A model generated the notes under the pieces. That model made no database searches and was not told the DNA's origin. It saw only the letters and a list, made by a program, of their open reading frames with translations. A stretch of DNA of 64,000 nt from a virus: IMG/VR virus record IMGVR_UViG_3300025137_004926. One strand, written 5' to 3'. Below are positions 39,196-48,474 of this stretch, in pieces. Within the stretch, counting starts at the first letter, position 1. Every line of letters starts with the position of its first letter. A program made the position numbers and the translations under genes.

Positions 39196-39495
39196 ATGGC
39201 AAGATATAGAACATTGATTATGAATAACGCTGGGCTTGGTCCAAAGGTTAAAGTAAGACGTTCAATCGATATGCGTGAAATGGCAGACTTTGGTAATATT
39301 GCGGACGCTCCGCAAGACTTACCAACGAAAGGCGCTACGCATAGAGGTGCTTTAGGCTCGACATCAGCCACCAAAGGTTATGTTAATCTATCGACAGTTA
39401 ATGACTTGGTTGTAGTTGATACACAAGACATGGGTTCTGTTGCTGAAACGGCTAGAACTGGTCTTGGTTATAATGACGAACCATATCAATACTAA
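39196..39495 (+). CDS. hypothetical protein under a late-type promoter
   Basis: GGGAGA SD; ATAAATA at 39139-39145. Confidence 0.65.
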   Translation: MARYRTLIMNNAGLGPKVKVRRSIDMREMADFGNIADAPQDLPTKGATHRGALGSTSATKGYVNLSTVNDLVVVDTQDMGSVAETARTGLGYNDEPYQY

Positions 39496-39513
39496 TTTAA
39501 TTTAAATTAACTA

Positions 39514-39542
39514 TTGACATTACAGACCCACTCGTATATAAT
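39514..39542 (+). promoter_or_regulatory. consensus sigma70 promoter for folE-queE-metK
   Basis: TTGACA-17 bp-TATAAT exact. Confidence 0.85.
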
Positions 39543-39607
39543 AGTATTGTATATGGGTGGGTTTTCCACCATACAGACTAAGACTAAAATAAAGGAACAT
39601 AGTATAA

Positions 39608-40309
39608 ATGAAAAAGACTTCCGAAATATTAAAAGCAAGACTAGAGGCCAACGGCGCTCGTTATTGGGCTGGAGATAATATAGCAGAGATTATCTACGAA
39701 GGCGATAAAGAAAATCTTATAGACGAACTCACTGAAAAGTTTGAAGGTGTGTTAGACAGTTTAGTAATAGATACGAATACAGATCCAAATTCAATGGATA
39801 CAGGTAGACGTTTAGCTAAAATGTATGTCAATGAACTCATGGCAGGTAGGTATGAATTACCCCCTCCTGCAACTGCATTTCCAAATGAACCAGATAATGT
39901 TACAAATGAAAAATATGAAGGTTTACTTGTTGTTCGTTCAGAACTAAAAAGTTTATGTTCACATCATCATCAGCCAGTGGCAGGTGTTGCATACATCGGT
40001 TTGATTGCGGCAGACAAACTTATAGGACTATCTAAGTATACACGTATTGCACAGTGGTGTGCTAGACGTGGAACATTACAAGAAGAACTTGCGATGGAAA
40101 TTAATAGACAGATTCGTAAAGCAACAGGCTCAAATGATGTAGGTGTTTATATTCAAGCAACACATGGTTGTTGTGAGAATAGAGGCATAATGGCTCATAG
40201 TTCTCTTACACAAACAACTGTACTCAAAGGTTCATTCTTTGATAATGAACATGTGAAGAAAGAATTTATGGATAACATTAAACTACAACAAGAATTTGCA
40301 CCAAGATGA
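39608..40309 (+). CDS. folE: GTP cyclohydrolase I
   Basis: SLCSHHH, IGLSKYTR, LQEEL, HGCCENRG. Confidence 0.95.
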   Translation: MKKTSEILKARLEANGARYWAGDNIAEIIYEGDKENLIDELTEKFEGVLDSLVIDTNTDPNSMDTGRRLAKMYVNELMAGRYELPPPATAFPNEPDNVTNEKYEGLLVVRSELKSLCSHHHQPVAGVAYIGLIAADKLIGLSKYTRIAQWCARRGTLQEELAMEINRQIRKATGSNDVGVYIQATHGCCENRGIMAHSSLTQTTVLKGSFFDNEHVKKEFMDNIKLQQEFAPR

Positions 40310-41202
40310 AGTTAAGATATTCAGAAGCATTCTATTCTGTACAAGGCGAAGGCAAATATGTAGGAGTACCTAGTGTATTTTTACGTACTTTCGGTTGTAA
40401 CTTTCGATGCATGAACTTTGGTTTAGATAGAAGTGAACCAATGCGTGATGAAAAACAGAAAATGGGCAATCGTTACAATGACGAAGTAAAAGATTTAATT
40501 GACAAGGGAGTACACGAAACTACAAAAGAATTTACAGATTTACCAATCATACACACAGGCTGTGATACATATGCAAGTATATATCCTGAATTTAAGAAAT
40601 TCAATATGCAGAAAAGTGTTGATGAAGTTGTTGAACATTTATTAAGTTTAACACCTAATGGTAAGTGGGTTCAAGATAACGGGCAAGACGTTCATTTAAT
40701 TATGACAGGCGGTGAGCCACTGTTAGCATGGCAACGTTTATACATAGATTTATTCGAACATGAAAGGATGCAAGATTTAAAAAATGTTACATTTGAAACA
40801 AATACTACACAAAGTTTATATCCAGAGTTTAAAGAATATCTCTCAACTAGGGCAAAATTTAAAACAACATTTAGTTGTTCTCCGAAACTCCCAGTTTCGG
40901 GAGAACCTTGGGACACTGCTATCAAACCTGCTATCGCTAGTGATTACAGTGACGTGGTTGGGTCTAGTTTGTACTTTAAGTTTGTTGTTTCTGATAGTGC
41001 AGATGTTGACGATGCTGATAGGGCCGTTAACGAATATCGTGCAGTGGGTATTGAATGTCCTGTCTATCTTATGCCATTGGGTGGTAGAAGTGAAGAATAC
41101 AATCTTACAATCAAAGATGTTGCAGAATTATGTATGGCGAAAGGATGGCGTTTCACACCAAGACTACACATCACCTTATTCGGAAACGCATGGGGCACGT
41201 GA
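40306..41202 (+). CDS. queE: 7-carboxy-7-deazaguanine synthase (radical SAM)
   Basis: EAFYSVQGEG, FLRTFGCNFRC..GCDT, TGGEP, FETN, SCSPK, RLH. Confidence 0.9.
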   Translation: MKLRYSEAFYSVQGEGKYVGVPSVFLRTFGCNFRCMNFGLDRSEPMRDEKQKMGNRYNDEVKDLIDKGVHETTKEFTDLPIIHTGCDTYASIYPEFKKFNMQKSVDEVVEHLLSLTPNGKWVQDNGQDVHLIMTGGEPLLAWQRLYIDLFEHERMQDLKNVTFETNTTQSLYPEFKEYLSTRAKFKTTFSCSPKLPVSGEPWDTAIKPAIASDYSDVVGSSLYFKFVVSDSADVDDADRAVNEYRAVGIECPVYLMPLGGRSEEYNLTIKDVAELCMAKGWRFTPRLHITLFGNAWGT

Positions 41203-41307
41203 TGATGGTACTGCATCTAGGTATGACGATTTAGGCAATGACGTTACAGTTTCTAAAAATCTTGAACAAAGAATTAGGGAAGCTGGACATTAGGAAAGGA
41301 AAAGAAA

Positions 41308-42456
41308 ATGAATAATTATATTTTTACAAGCGAGAGTGTTAGCGAAGGTCATCCGGACAAAGTAGCAGACCAAATTAGTGATGCATTAGTTGATGCAGGA
41401 CTAAAGAATGGTGATGAAACAACACGTGTAGCGATTGAAACACTTGTAACCACTAACCACGTAACGTTAGCGGGCGAAGTAAAAAACTTTAACGTGAGCA
41501 ATGATGAGATAAAAGAAATTGTTCGAAACAAAGTTAAAGATATTGGATATGAACAAGAAGGATTTCATTGGGATAAACTAAAAATCTATAATGAAATTCA
41601 TGCACAGAGTGGTGATATTGGTTTAGGTACAGATAATTTTGGTGCTGGTGACCAAGGGTTGATGTTTGGATATGCATGTAACCATACAGATAGTATGATG
41701 CCTGCACCGATACATTATGCACATGAACTACTAAAAGCATTGAAACGTTTAAGAGTAGACGAAGGATACGAATACATACAACCTGACTCAAAATCACAAG
41801 TAAGTCTACAGTATGAAGGTGGCAAGGTAAAACGTGTAGACCAAGTGGTGGTCTCGTCACAACATATTCCTCAATACGAACATTCTATCAGAATGCCTCT
41901 ATCGAACATTGTACACGAAGTATTAGGAGATTTAGTTGACAATGATACAGTCAAACATTACAATCCTACAGGAAAATTTGAAATTGGTGGGCCTGACGGT
42001 GATACAGGACTTACAGGAAGAAAAATTATTGTGGATACCTATGGTGGTTTTGCTCCTCACGGTGGGGGTGCTTTTAGTGGAAAAGATCCTACCAAAGTAG
42101 ATAGAAGTGCGGCATATATGGCACGTTGGATAGCAAAAAACGTTGTAGCAGATAATATGGCTGATTGGTGTAATATTCAATTAAGTTATGCTATTGGTAT
42201 TAAAGAACCAACAAGTATCTACATTGATTCAAACGGACACAATCGTAGTATTGAGAAGTTTATTAAAGAAAATATTGACTTGACACCTAAGGGTATTATT
42301 GATAGATTTGATTTATTTAATTTTTATAAGTATAGTGAGAATTGTGTTTATGGTCACTTTGGTGATAAGAAAGTTCCTTGGGAACACATAGGGTGGAACG
42401 GTGTACAGAACGAAGATGCTGATGCACTGGAAGCCGAAATAAATGAAGGATGTTAG
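41308..42456 (+). CDS. metK: S-adenosylmethionine synthetase
   Basis: FTSESVSEGHPDK, GAGDQG, GLTGRKIIVDTYGG, GGGAFSGKDPTKVDRS. Confidence 0.97.
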   Translation: MNNYIFTSESVSEGHPDKVADQISDALVDAGLKNGDETTRVAIETLVTTNHVTLAGEVKNFNVSNDEIKEIVRNKVKDIGYEQEGFHWDKLKIYNEIHAQSGDIGLGTDNFGAGDQGLMFGYACNHTDSMMPAPIHYAHELLKALKRLRVDEGYEYIQPDSKSQVSLQYEGGKVKRVDQVVVSSQHIPQYEHSIRMPLSNIVHEVLGDLVDNDTVKHYNPTGKFEIGGPDGDTGLTGRKIIVDTYGGFAPHGGGAFSGKDPTKVDRSAAYMARWIAKNVVADNMADWCNIQLSYAIGIKEPTSIYIDSNGHNRSIEKFIKENIDLTPKGIIDRFDLFNFYKYSENCVYGHFGDKKVPWEHIGWNGVQNEDADALEAEINEGC

Positions 42457-42459
42457 CAG

Positions 42460-42798
42460 ATGTTTTATAAAACAAATGATGATACATTAGGTATTACAGT
42501 TAAAGAATTCGTTGATGAATGGTATGAGAAACAAGATTATATTCTTGTCGATATCAGAGATACAGAGGAACGTAAAAGTGCAGGTGCTGTTAAACAAACG
42601 TTTAACATTTCAATGTATGAGATACCTGACCAAATTGAAATGGCACCCACACATATTGTGTGTTTGATGTTATGTCAGGATAGCACTAAAGCAGAACAAG
42701 TTACGAAGTATCTCAAAAATAATGGATATAATAATATGATTTATATTGAGGGAGGGATTGACGAATTAATACAGGCAGTGCCTGAATTGAAAGGATAA
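42460..42798 (+). CDS. rhodanese-like domain protein
   Basis: ILVDIRD.EE, C in the active-site loop, YIEGGI. Confidence 0.7.
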   Translation: MFYKTNDDTLGITVKEFVDEWYEKQDYILVDIRDTEERKSAGAVKQTFNISMYEIPDQIEMAPTHIVCLMLCQDSTKAEQVTKYLKNNGYNNMIYIEGGIDELIQAVPELKG

Positions 42799-42802
42799 TA
42801 TT

Positions 42803-43267
42803 ATGGATATAATGAAACCAAAGACTTGGTTCAAGTCAGAAGAAGAAGCTGATAGAGACCAAGCTAGATTAATAACAGATGAAAAGAAACGTGACATTGC
42901 GTTAGCTGGTATTGATTTAAAATTCGGTCATATTACAAATAATGACCATGATAAAAAAGTTGCTACATTAACAGGAGAACCTTGGGTTAAAGTATTAAAG
43001 ATGGAACTTGAAAAGGATAAACCCGGATCAGGCTTCTTTGAAATTGACTTTAATGAAGACTTTGTAGAATATCTTGCAAACAATGGGTATGAAGGCAAAG
43101 ACAACGATGCTATTGTAGATGGTTGGTTCAATGACTTATGCAAGAACATTGTTATGGAAGGTCTTGAAGACGAAGATGGTACAACTAAAAGTGCAGATGT
43201 TAAAAGTAAAGATGGTGTAATCATTCAAAGAGTAAAAAGTGAAGATGGCACTGCCGAATACTCTTGA
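42803..43267 (+). CDS. hypothetical protein
   Basis: ATLTGEPWV..GFFEIDFN..WFNDLC. Confidence 0.7.
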   Translation: MDIMKPKTWFKSEEEADRDQARLITDEKKRDIALAGIDLKFGHITNNDHDKKVATLTGEPWVKVLKMELEKDKPGSGFFEIDFNEDFVEYLANNGYEGKDNDAIVDGWFNDLCKNIVMEGLEDEDGTTKSADVKSKDGVIIQRVKSEDGTAEYS

Positions 43268-43324
43268 CAAATGGCACAACCTGTGCTATTCTAGTATTGT
43301 ATATAAAACAAAGAGGATCAATTA

Positions 43325-44326
43325 ATGGCTACATTTATTCTTGTTGATAGTTTCAACATGTATCATAGAGCAAAGCACGTAGCAATGCGTGGTGCGAATG
43401 TCGATATGAAAATCGGTATGGCTTTTCACATTATGATGAGTAGTGTCAAAATGTGTTATAACAAATTCAATGCCGACCATGCAGTATTTTGTTTAGAAGG
43501 ACGCAGTTGGCGTAAAGACTTCTATGAACCTTACAAAGCAAATCGTAAAATTGCACGTGAGGCTTTATCAGTACGTGAACAAGAAGAAAATCAAATCATG
43601 TTTGATGCATATGATAGTATGGTTGGGTTCTTAAATGAAAAGACTAATTGCACTATGTTGCATAACAAACAAGCAGAAGCAGATGATATGATTGCTTTGT
43701 TTATCGAATCACATCCAGATGATGAACATATTATCGTATCAAGTGATAGTGACTATATGCAACTAATCACAGATAATGTAAGAATTTACGATGGTGTACA
43801 AAATCGTATCATTACTAAAGAAGGCTTCTTTAAAGATGATAAGAACATGACACCAATGAAAGACAAAAAGACTAAGGAACTTATGCCTGCTCCAGACCCT
43901 GAGTGGTTACTGTTTGAGAAATGTATTCGTGGCGATACAAGTGATAATATCTTTAGTGCATATCCAGGTGTGCGTAAGAAAGGATCTCGTAACAAAACAG
44001 GAATGCTTGAAGCATATGAAGATAAAGCATCAGGTGGATTCAATTGGAATAACTTTATGTTACAGAAATGGACAGACCATAATGGTGTTGAACATACAGT
44101 ACGTGAAGATTATGAACGTAACGAGAAACTTATCAATTTAACTGCACAACCTACAGAATTAAAAGTAGATTTCGTTCAGACTATTGCAGATGCAAGTCAA
44201 CCTAAGAAAGTAGCCGGTGTAGGTATTAACTTTCTAAAATGGTGCGGTGAATGGGATTTACAAAATCTATCAAAGGCGCCTGATGAAATGGCGGCTATCT
44301 TAAACAAAGCATATCCACATCAATGA
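43325..44326 (+). CDS. rnh: T4-type RNase H / 5'-3' exonuclease
   Basis: LVDSFN, SWRKDFYEPYKANR, EADD, SSDSDYMQL, RGDTSDNI; TTGACA promoter at ~43264. Confidence 0.9.
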   Translation: MATFILVDSFNMYHRAKHVAMRGANVDMKIGMAFHIMMSSVKMCYNKFNADHAVFCLEGRSWRKDFYEPYKANRKIAREALSVREQEENQIMFDAYDSMVGFLNEKTNCTMLHNKQAEADDMIALFIESHPDDEHIIVSSDSDYMQLITDNVRIYDGVQNRIITKEGFFKDDKNMTPMKDKKTKELMPAPDPEWLLFEKCIRGDTSDNIFSAYPGVRKKGSRNKTGMLEAYEDKASGGFNWNNFMLQKWTDHNGVEHTVREDYERNEKLINLTAQPTELKVDFVQTIADASQPKKVAGVGINFLKWCGEWDLQNLSKAPDEMAAILNKAYPHQ

Positions 44327-45033
44327 AACATTACATATTTGATGTAGATGGGACACTTACACCAAGCAGAGGTAAAATAGACCATGGCTTCTTAAACTTC
44401 TTCAATGAGTTTGTGGAAGAAAACAATGTCTATCTTGCGACAGGTAGTGATGCACCTAAGACTATTGAACAGATAGGACAACAATTATTTAATTCAGTTA
44501 TCAAAGTTTATAACTGTAGTGGTAACTCAGTTTGGGAAAAAGGTAATAACATTTATAATAACGATTGGACTCTGCCTACTATTCCAAAAATATTTCTACA
44601 AAAACAACTTACAGAGAGTAATTTTCCATTAAGAACTGGTACACATTTTGATACGAGACCAGGCTTATTAAACTTTAGTATAATTGGTAGAGGTGCTGAT
44701 ACAAAACAAAGGGAAGAATACGTTAAGTATGATAACGAAACAAGAGAACGATGGATTATAGCAAAAGAATTCAATGAAAATTTTAGAAGTGAGAATGTCG
44801 TAGCCCAGGTTGCTGGTGAAACTGGTTTAGACATTATGCCAATTGGTAAGGGAAAACAACAAATCATTAATAATTTTGATGAGTTGGATACAATCATCTT
44901 TATAGGTGATAAGACTATGAAAGGCGGTAACGATTATGACATTTCAGAAGCAGTGAAGCAAATGAAAAATGGTCAGAGTTACCAAGTGGATGACTATTCA
45001 GATACATGGGACTTATTGTGTCGTATAGGCTAA
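44323..45033 (+). CDS. HAD-IIB phosphomannomutase-like enzyme
   Basis: FDVDGTLT, TGSD, NFSIIGR, FIGDKTMKGGNDY. Confidence 0.8.
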   Translation: MKHYIFDVDGTLTPSRGKIDHGFLNFFNEFVEENNVYLATGSDAPKTIEQIGQQLFNSVIKVYNCSGNSVWEKGNNIYNNDWTLPTIPKIFLQKQLTESNFPLRTGTHFDTRPGLLNFSIIGRGADTKQREEYVKYDNETRERWIIAKEFNENFRSENVVAQVAGETGLDIMPIGKGKQQIINNFDELDTIIFIGDKTMKGGNDYDISEAVKQMKNGQSYQVDDYSDTWDLLCRIG

Positions 45034-45049
45034 TAAAAGAGGATTAAAA

Positions 45050-46024
45050 ATGTTTAGATTTTTTACACAGAAAGAATGGGCCTTATGGTCCTGGTTAGGG
45101 TCAGCATTGATTCTATCATCACTCTGGATACAAGTTGAGATTGATGTTAAGATTAACGAATGGTTTGGTCAGTTTTACGACATGATTCAAAAAGCCTTAG
45201 CAGAACCCAATGCTATCACTATTGGTGAGTATTGGAGTAGTTTAGGAACGTTTATCTATCTAGCAATGATATACGTTGCTATTGCGGTTGCAGTAAGTTT
45301 CTTTACTGCACACTATTTGTTTAGATGGCGTACATCAATGGTAAATTGGTATCATTCAGTATATGATAAAGCAAGAACTATTGAGGGTGCCGCACAAAGG
45401 GTACAAGAGGATACGATTAAATTTTCACGTATCATGGAAGGATTAGGTACAAGTTTCATTGAATCAATTATGATTCTAGTACAGTTTGTTCCTATTCTAT
45501 TTGGTTTATCAGTAGGTATTCCTATCTTCTTCTTTGGAGATTGGCAGTACGGATTGATTACAGGTGCTATTGTTTGGTCAGTAGGTGGTACACTATTCTT
45601 AATTGGGATAGGTTGGTTGCTACGTTTAGTAGGAGTTGAGTATGACTTACAAAAGAAAGAAGCCGCATATCGAAAGATATTGGTTATTGCAGAAGATGAT
45701 AAAACAGTAAGACCAAAGACAATTAATGAACTGTTCGAAGGCGTTCGTTCAATTCACTTCAAATCTTATTTGCGTTATTTGTATTTTAATGTAGGACGTA
45801 TTACATACTTACAAGCAAACGTATTAAGTGCTTATGTGTTCCTAGCACCGGCCATTGTAGCAGGCGTAGTAACACTAGGTGTGATGCAACAGATTATTCG
45901 TGCATTCGGTAGAGTAGAAGGCTCACTTCAATATCTATTTAAAGCATGGCCTACACTTATTGAGTTAATGAGTGTGTTCAAACGTTTACGTGAATTTGAG
46001 CGTCAAATAATTGAAAAACAATAG
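45050..46024 (+). CDS. SbmA/BacA-family peptide transporter
   Basis: MFRFF, FRWRTSM, IEGAAQRVQEDT, QKKEAAYRK, ELMSVFKRL. Confidence 0.88.
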   Translation: MFRFFTQKEWALWSWLGSALILSSLWIQVEIDVKINEWFGQFYDMIQKALAEPNAITIGEYWSSLGTFIYLAMIYVAIAVAVSFFTAHYLFRWRTSMVNWYHSVYDKARTIEGAAQRVQEDTIKFSRIMEGLGTSFIESIMILVQFVPILFGLSVGIPIFFFGDWQYGLITGAIVWSVGGTLFLIGIGWLLRLVGVEYDLQKKEAAYRKILVIAEDDKTVRPKTINELFEGVRSIHFKSYLRYLYFNVGRITYLQANVLSAYVFLAPAIVAGVVTLGVMQQIIRAFGRVEGSLQYLFKAWPTLIELMSVFKRLREFERQIIEKQ

Positions 46025-46135
46025 TGTCAAATAAACCTTACGTAATTTTTATTGACACAGAAAAAATGACTGACTAGAAAGGATAAATACATTTGTACGA
46101 AGTTAATTCGTGCAAATGGTTTCAATAGGTATTAA

Positions 46136-46630
46136 ATGTATACAACAGAAATTATAAAAGACAAGTTTTGGATACTGGAAGATGCTGGAGTTAAACTCGG
46201 CACTATCAGAAAAGAAGATGGTGATTCCAACTTTGAAGTAATCACGAGGAGTAAAGGTATTGATTACCTAGACCTCGATGCTCTAACTACAAAGTACGGT
46301 AAGGCTATCTTAATACCAAAACTTGTTAATAAGATAGACAGTGTAGAATACGGAAAGGCACTTGACGAAGTTAATGGTTATCCGTGCAAACATAAGGCTT
46401 GTAACTCAGGTATGGAAGAAAAGTCGGGGAGACACATACCTGTATATACAAAAAGTGATACAAGCAAAACGTATTATGCCGCAGGCTATTATGGTTTACA
46501 TTTTAGTGGTGTTTGGCGTAATACGTATTGTGTCAAATTAGAAACATTGGATAATTATGAATTCGTCGGTCCATTCAAGACTAAGACAGAACTTGAGGCA
46601 GAGGTACTAAAGGCTAGTAAACAAGATTAA
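46136..46630 (+). CDS. hypothetical protein
   Basis: ATAAATA at 46083-46089; IIKDKFWIL..YYAAGYY..GPFKT. Confidence 0.7.
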   Translation: MYTTEIIKDKFWILEDAGVKLGTIRKEDGDSNFEVITRSKGIDYLDLDALTTKYGKAILIPKLVNKIDSVEYGKALDEVNGYPCKHKACNSGMEEKSGRHIPVYTKSDTSKTYYAAGYYGLHFSGVWRNTYCVKLETLDNYEFVGPFKTKTELEAEVLKASKQD

Positions 46631-46818
46631 TGTATAAAAACTTAAAAGAATTAATCGCCATCATAAATCGAGCAAATTTAAGAGGCGAGACAAGTATCCG
46701 TTTGTCAATAGACATTGCAAACGGCGTTGAGAATGAACTAGTTAAATTATTACTTGAACTAAAAGAAAGTAGTAAAGACAGTGACCAGGTACTAGACGGA
46801 GGCAAATTCCAATCATAA
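46630..46818 (+). CDS. small hypothetical protein
   Basis: coupled TAATG; ends LDGGKF. Confidence 0.6.
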   Translation: MYKNLKELIAIINRANLRGETSIRLSIDIANGVENELVKLLLELKESSKDSDQVLDGGKFQS

Positions 46819-46840
46819 AGATTAAGTAAGGAGAATCAGT

Positions 46841-48112
46841 ATGATTCGTATGATTAAGAATGGGTTGAAGTGGTCAGGAATATTATTAGTTGCAGTGATT
46901 TTTTCATTTGTAGCTAACTCTTATGTGAGAGACATACAAGAAAAGATACATGAAGGTATCGGTTGGACATACAAAGTTATCGGTGAAGATACCGGTGAAT
47001 TCCTATATGACCTTAATGGTTGGGTATTCAATGGTAAAGGATTTGATAGTGAACGTGATATTAAACACGTTATCCACGAAAGCTATAAGAGTATCGTACA
47101 AGTAAAATCTAAACCAAGTGATGATGCATTTGTTAATAATTTAGGTGGCACAGGTACAGGTTTCTTTGCTAAAGTTACAGACACCCATGCTTATATCGTA
47201 ACGAATTTTCACGTTGTAGAAAGATATGTTGCTCTGCCAATCAATCTTAAGTTAGAAATTACCACAGCAACAGAATGGTGGCCTTATGAAGGTGAAATCA
47301 TTGGCTATGATCCAGTAGCCGATATTGCAGTTGTCAGAATAGAAAAGAAAGACAACGAAGACTGGAAAGCATTAGAGTTTGTTGAAAGTTCAAGAAAAGA
47401 TATAACTGAAGGTGATCCAGTAGTAGTTATTGGACATGGAATGTCACTGCCTTATACTGCGACAGTAGGTAGCATTAGTTATACTAATAGATTTGGTACA
47501 GGCCCATATACATTACATCTACAGATAGATGCAGTTGTTAATCAGGGTAACAGTGGTGGTCCAGTAATGACTATGGACGGAAAAGTAGCTGGTGTTATAC
47601 TTAGTATTCTATCTCCGGGAAGACAAACTCCTGGATGGGATGGAGTAGGATTAGCAGTACAATCAGAAATTTCACAAAGGGCTGTTGATTACATATTAGA
47701 GAATTATGTAGATGGAGAACCTGTTGCTTGGGTCCCTTATTCTGAATTACCATTTACATTTAAAATATGGACATACGATGAACTAAAAGAAAGAGAAATT
47801 TTAGAGTTACCTCGTAAAGATAGAAAGATGGTATATGTTGATTTAACAGACCTACCGAATAGTGCGGCCGCAGAAGCTGGCTTACAACAAGGTGATATCT
47901 TTTTAGAGATAAATGGTAAAGAATTCTACGGACCTATGAACATTATTGAAGCAGGATTACATGCGTTTCCTGGTGACACAATGACGCTTAAAGTAAAAAG
48001 AGGAGATGAGTTTACAGGGTATGAAGAATTTGAATTTAGTTTCATACTCAAAGAAAAAGATCCTGCTGTTTTACAATCCTGGCTTGACCAAAGAAAATCA
48101 AATACAAGATAA
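46841..48112 (+). CDS. HtrA/DegP-like serine protease with PDZ domain
   Basis: N-terminal TM; GTGF, TNFHVV, DIAV, GNSGGP triad; SAAAEAGLQQGD. Confidence 0.9.
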   Translation: MIRMIKNGLKWSGILLVAVIFSFVANSYVRDIQEKIHEGIGWTYKVIGEDTGEFLYDLNGWVFNGKGFDSERDIKHVIHESYKSIVQVKSKPSDDAFVNNLGGTGTGFFAKVTDTHAYIVTNFHVVERYVALPINLKLEITTATEWWPYEGEIIGYDPVADIAVVRIEKKDNEDWKALEFVESSRKDITEGDPVVVIGHGMSLPYTATVGSISYTNRFGTGPYTLHLQIDAVVNQGNSGGPVMTMDGKVAGVILSILSPGRQTPGWDGVGLAVQSEISQRAVDYILENYVDGEPVAWVPYSELPFTFKIWTYDELKEREILELPRKDRKMVYVDLTDLPNSAAAEAGLQQGDIFLEINGKEFYGPMNIIEAGLHAFPGDTMTLKVKRGDEFTGYEEFEFSFILKEKDPAVLQSWLDQRKSNTR

Positions 48113-48183
48113 ATATAAGTTAACTACGAATATTTTTCATAAAAATAGATAAATACATGTAGTAAATTTAACAAGGAATTCAT

Positions 48184-48474
48184 ATGGCAAGACCTAAACC
48201 AACTATTCTACTTGAGCATACAGATAATAAAACTTATCGAAGTGAACAAGTCTTAAAAGCAGACGCCGTGTATGCGGTATTCCATAAAGGAGTAGCCATA
48301 AACCTTCGTAGTTTAAATTCATTAGTCAACTTCCCAGGACCAAAATATAAGAAAGTATCGTTCTCTAATCCAGGACATGCTATTAATTTGGCACAGAGAT
48401 TAAATAATCTATTTCGTTGTGAAGACTTTGAAGTTTACATTTTGACCAAGGGCGAGAAACTAGAGTTAGACTAG
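48184..48474 (+). CDS. hypothetical protein
   Basis: ATAAATA 48149-48155; AAGGA SD. Confidence 0.7.
   Translation: MARPKPTILLEHTDNKTYRSEQVLKADAVYAVFHKGVAINLRSLNSLVNFPGPKYKKVSFSNPGHAINLAQRLNNLFRCEDFEVYILTKGEKLELD

Noticed and set aside
39139-39198. Canonical preQ1 or SAM riboswitch
   Set aside because: No match by eye to known consensus nucleotides; retained only as an unclassified pseudoknot
40784-41186. 169-aa alternative-frame ORF inside queE
   Set aside because: It overlaps a conserved enzyme and has no motifs; only its 3' tail is noted as a weak finding
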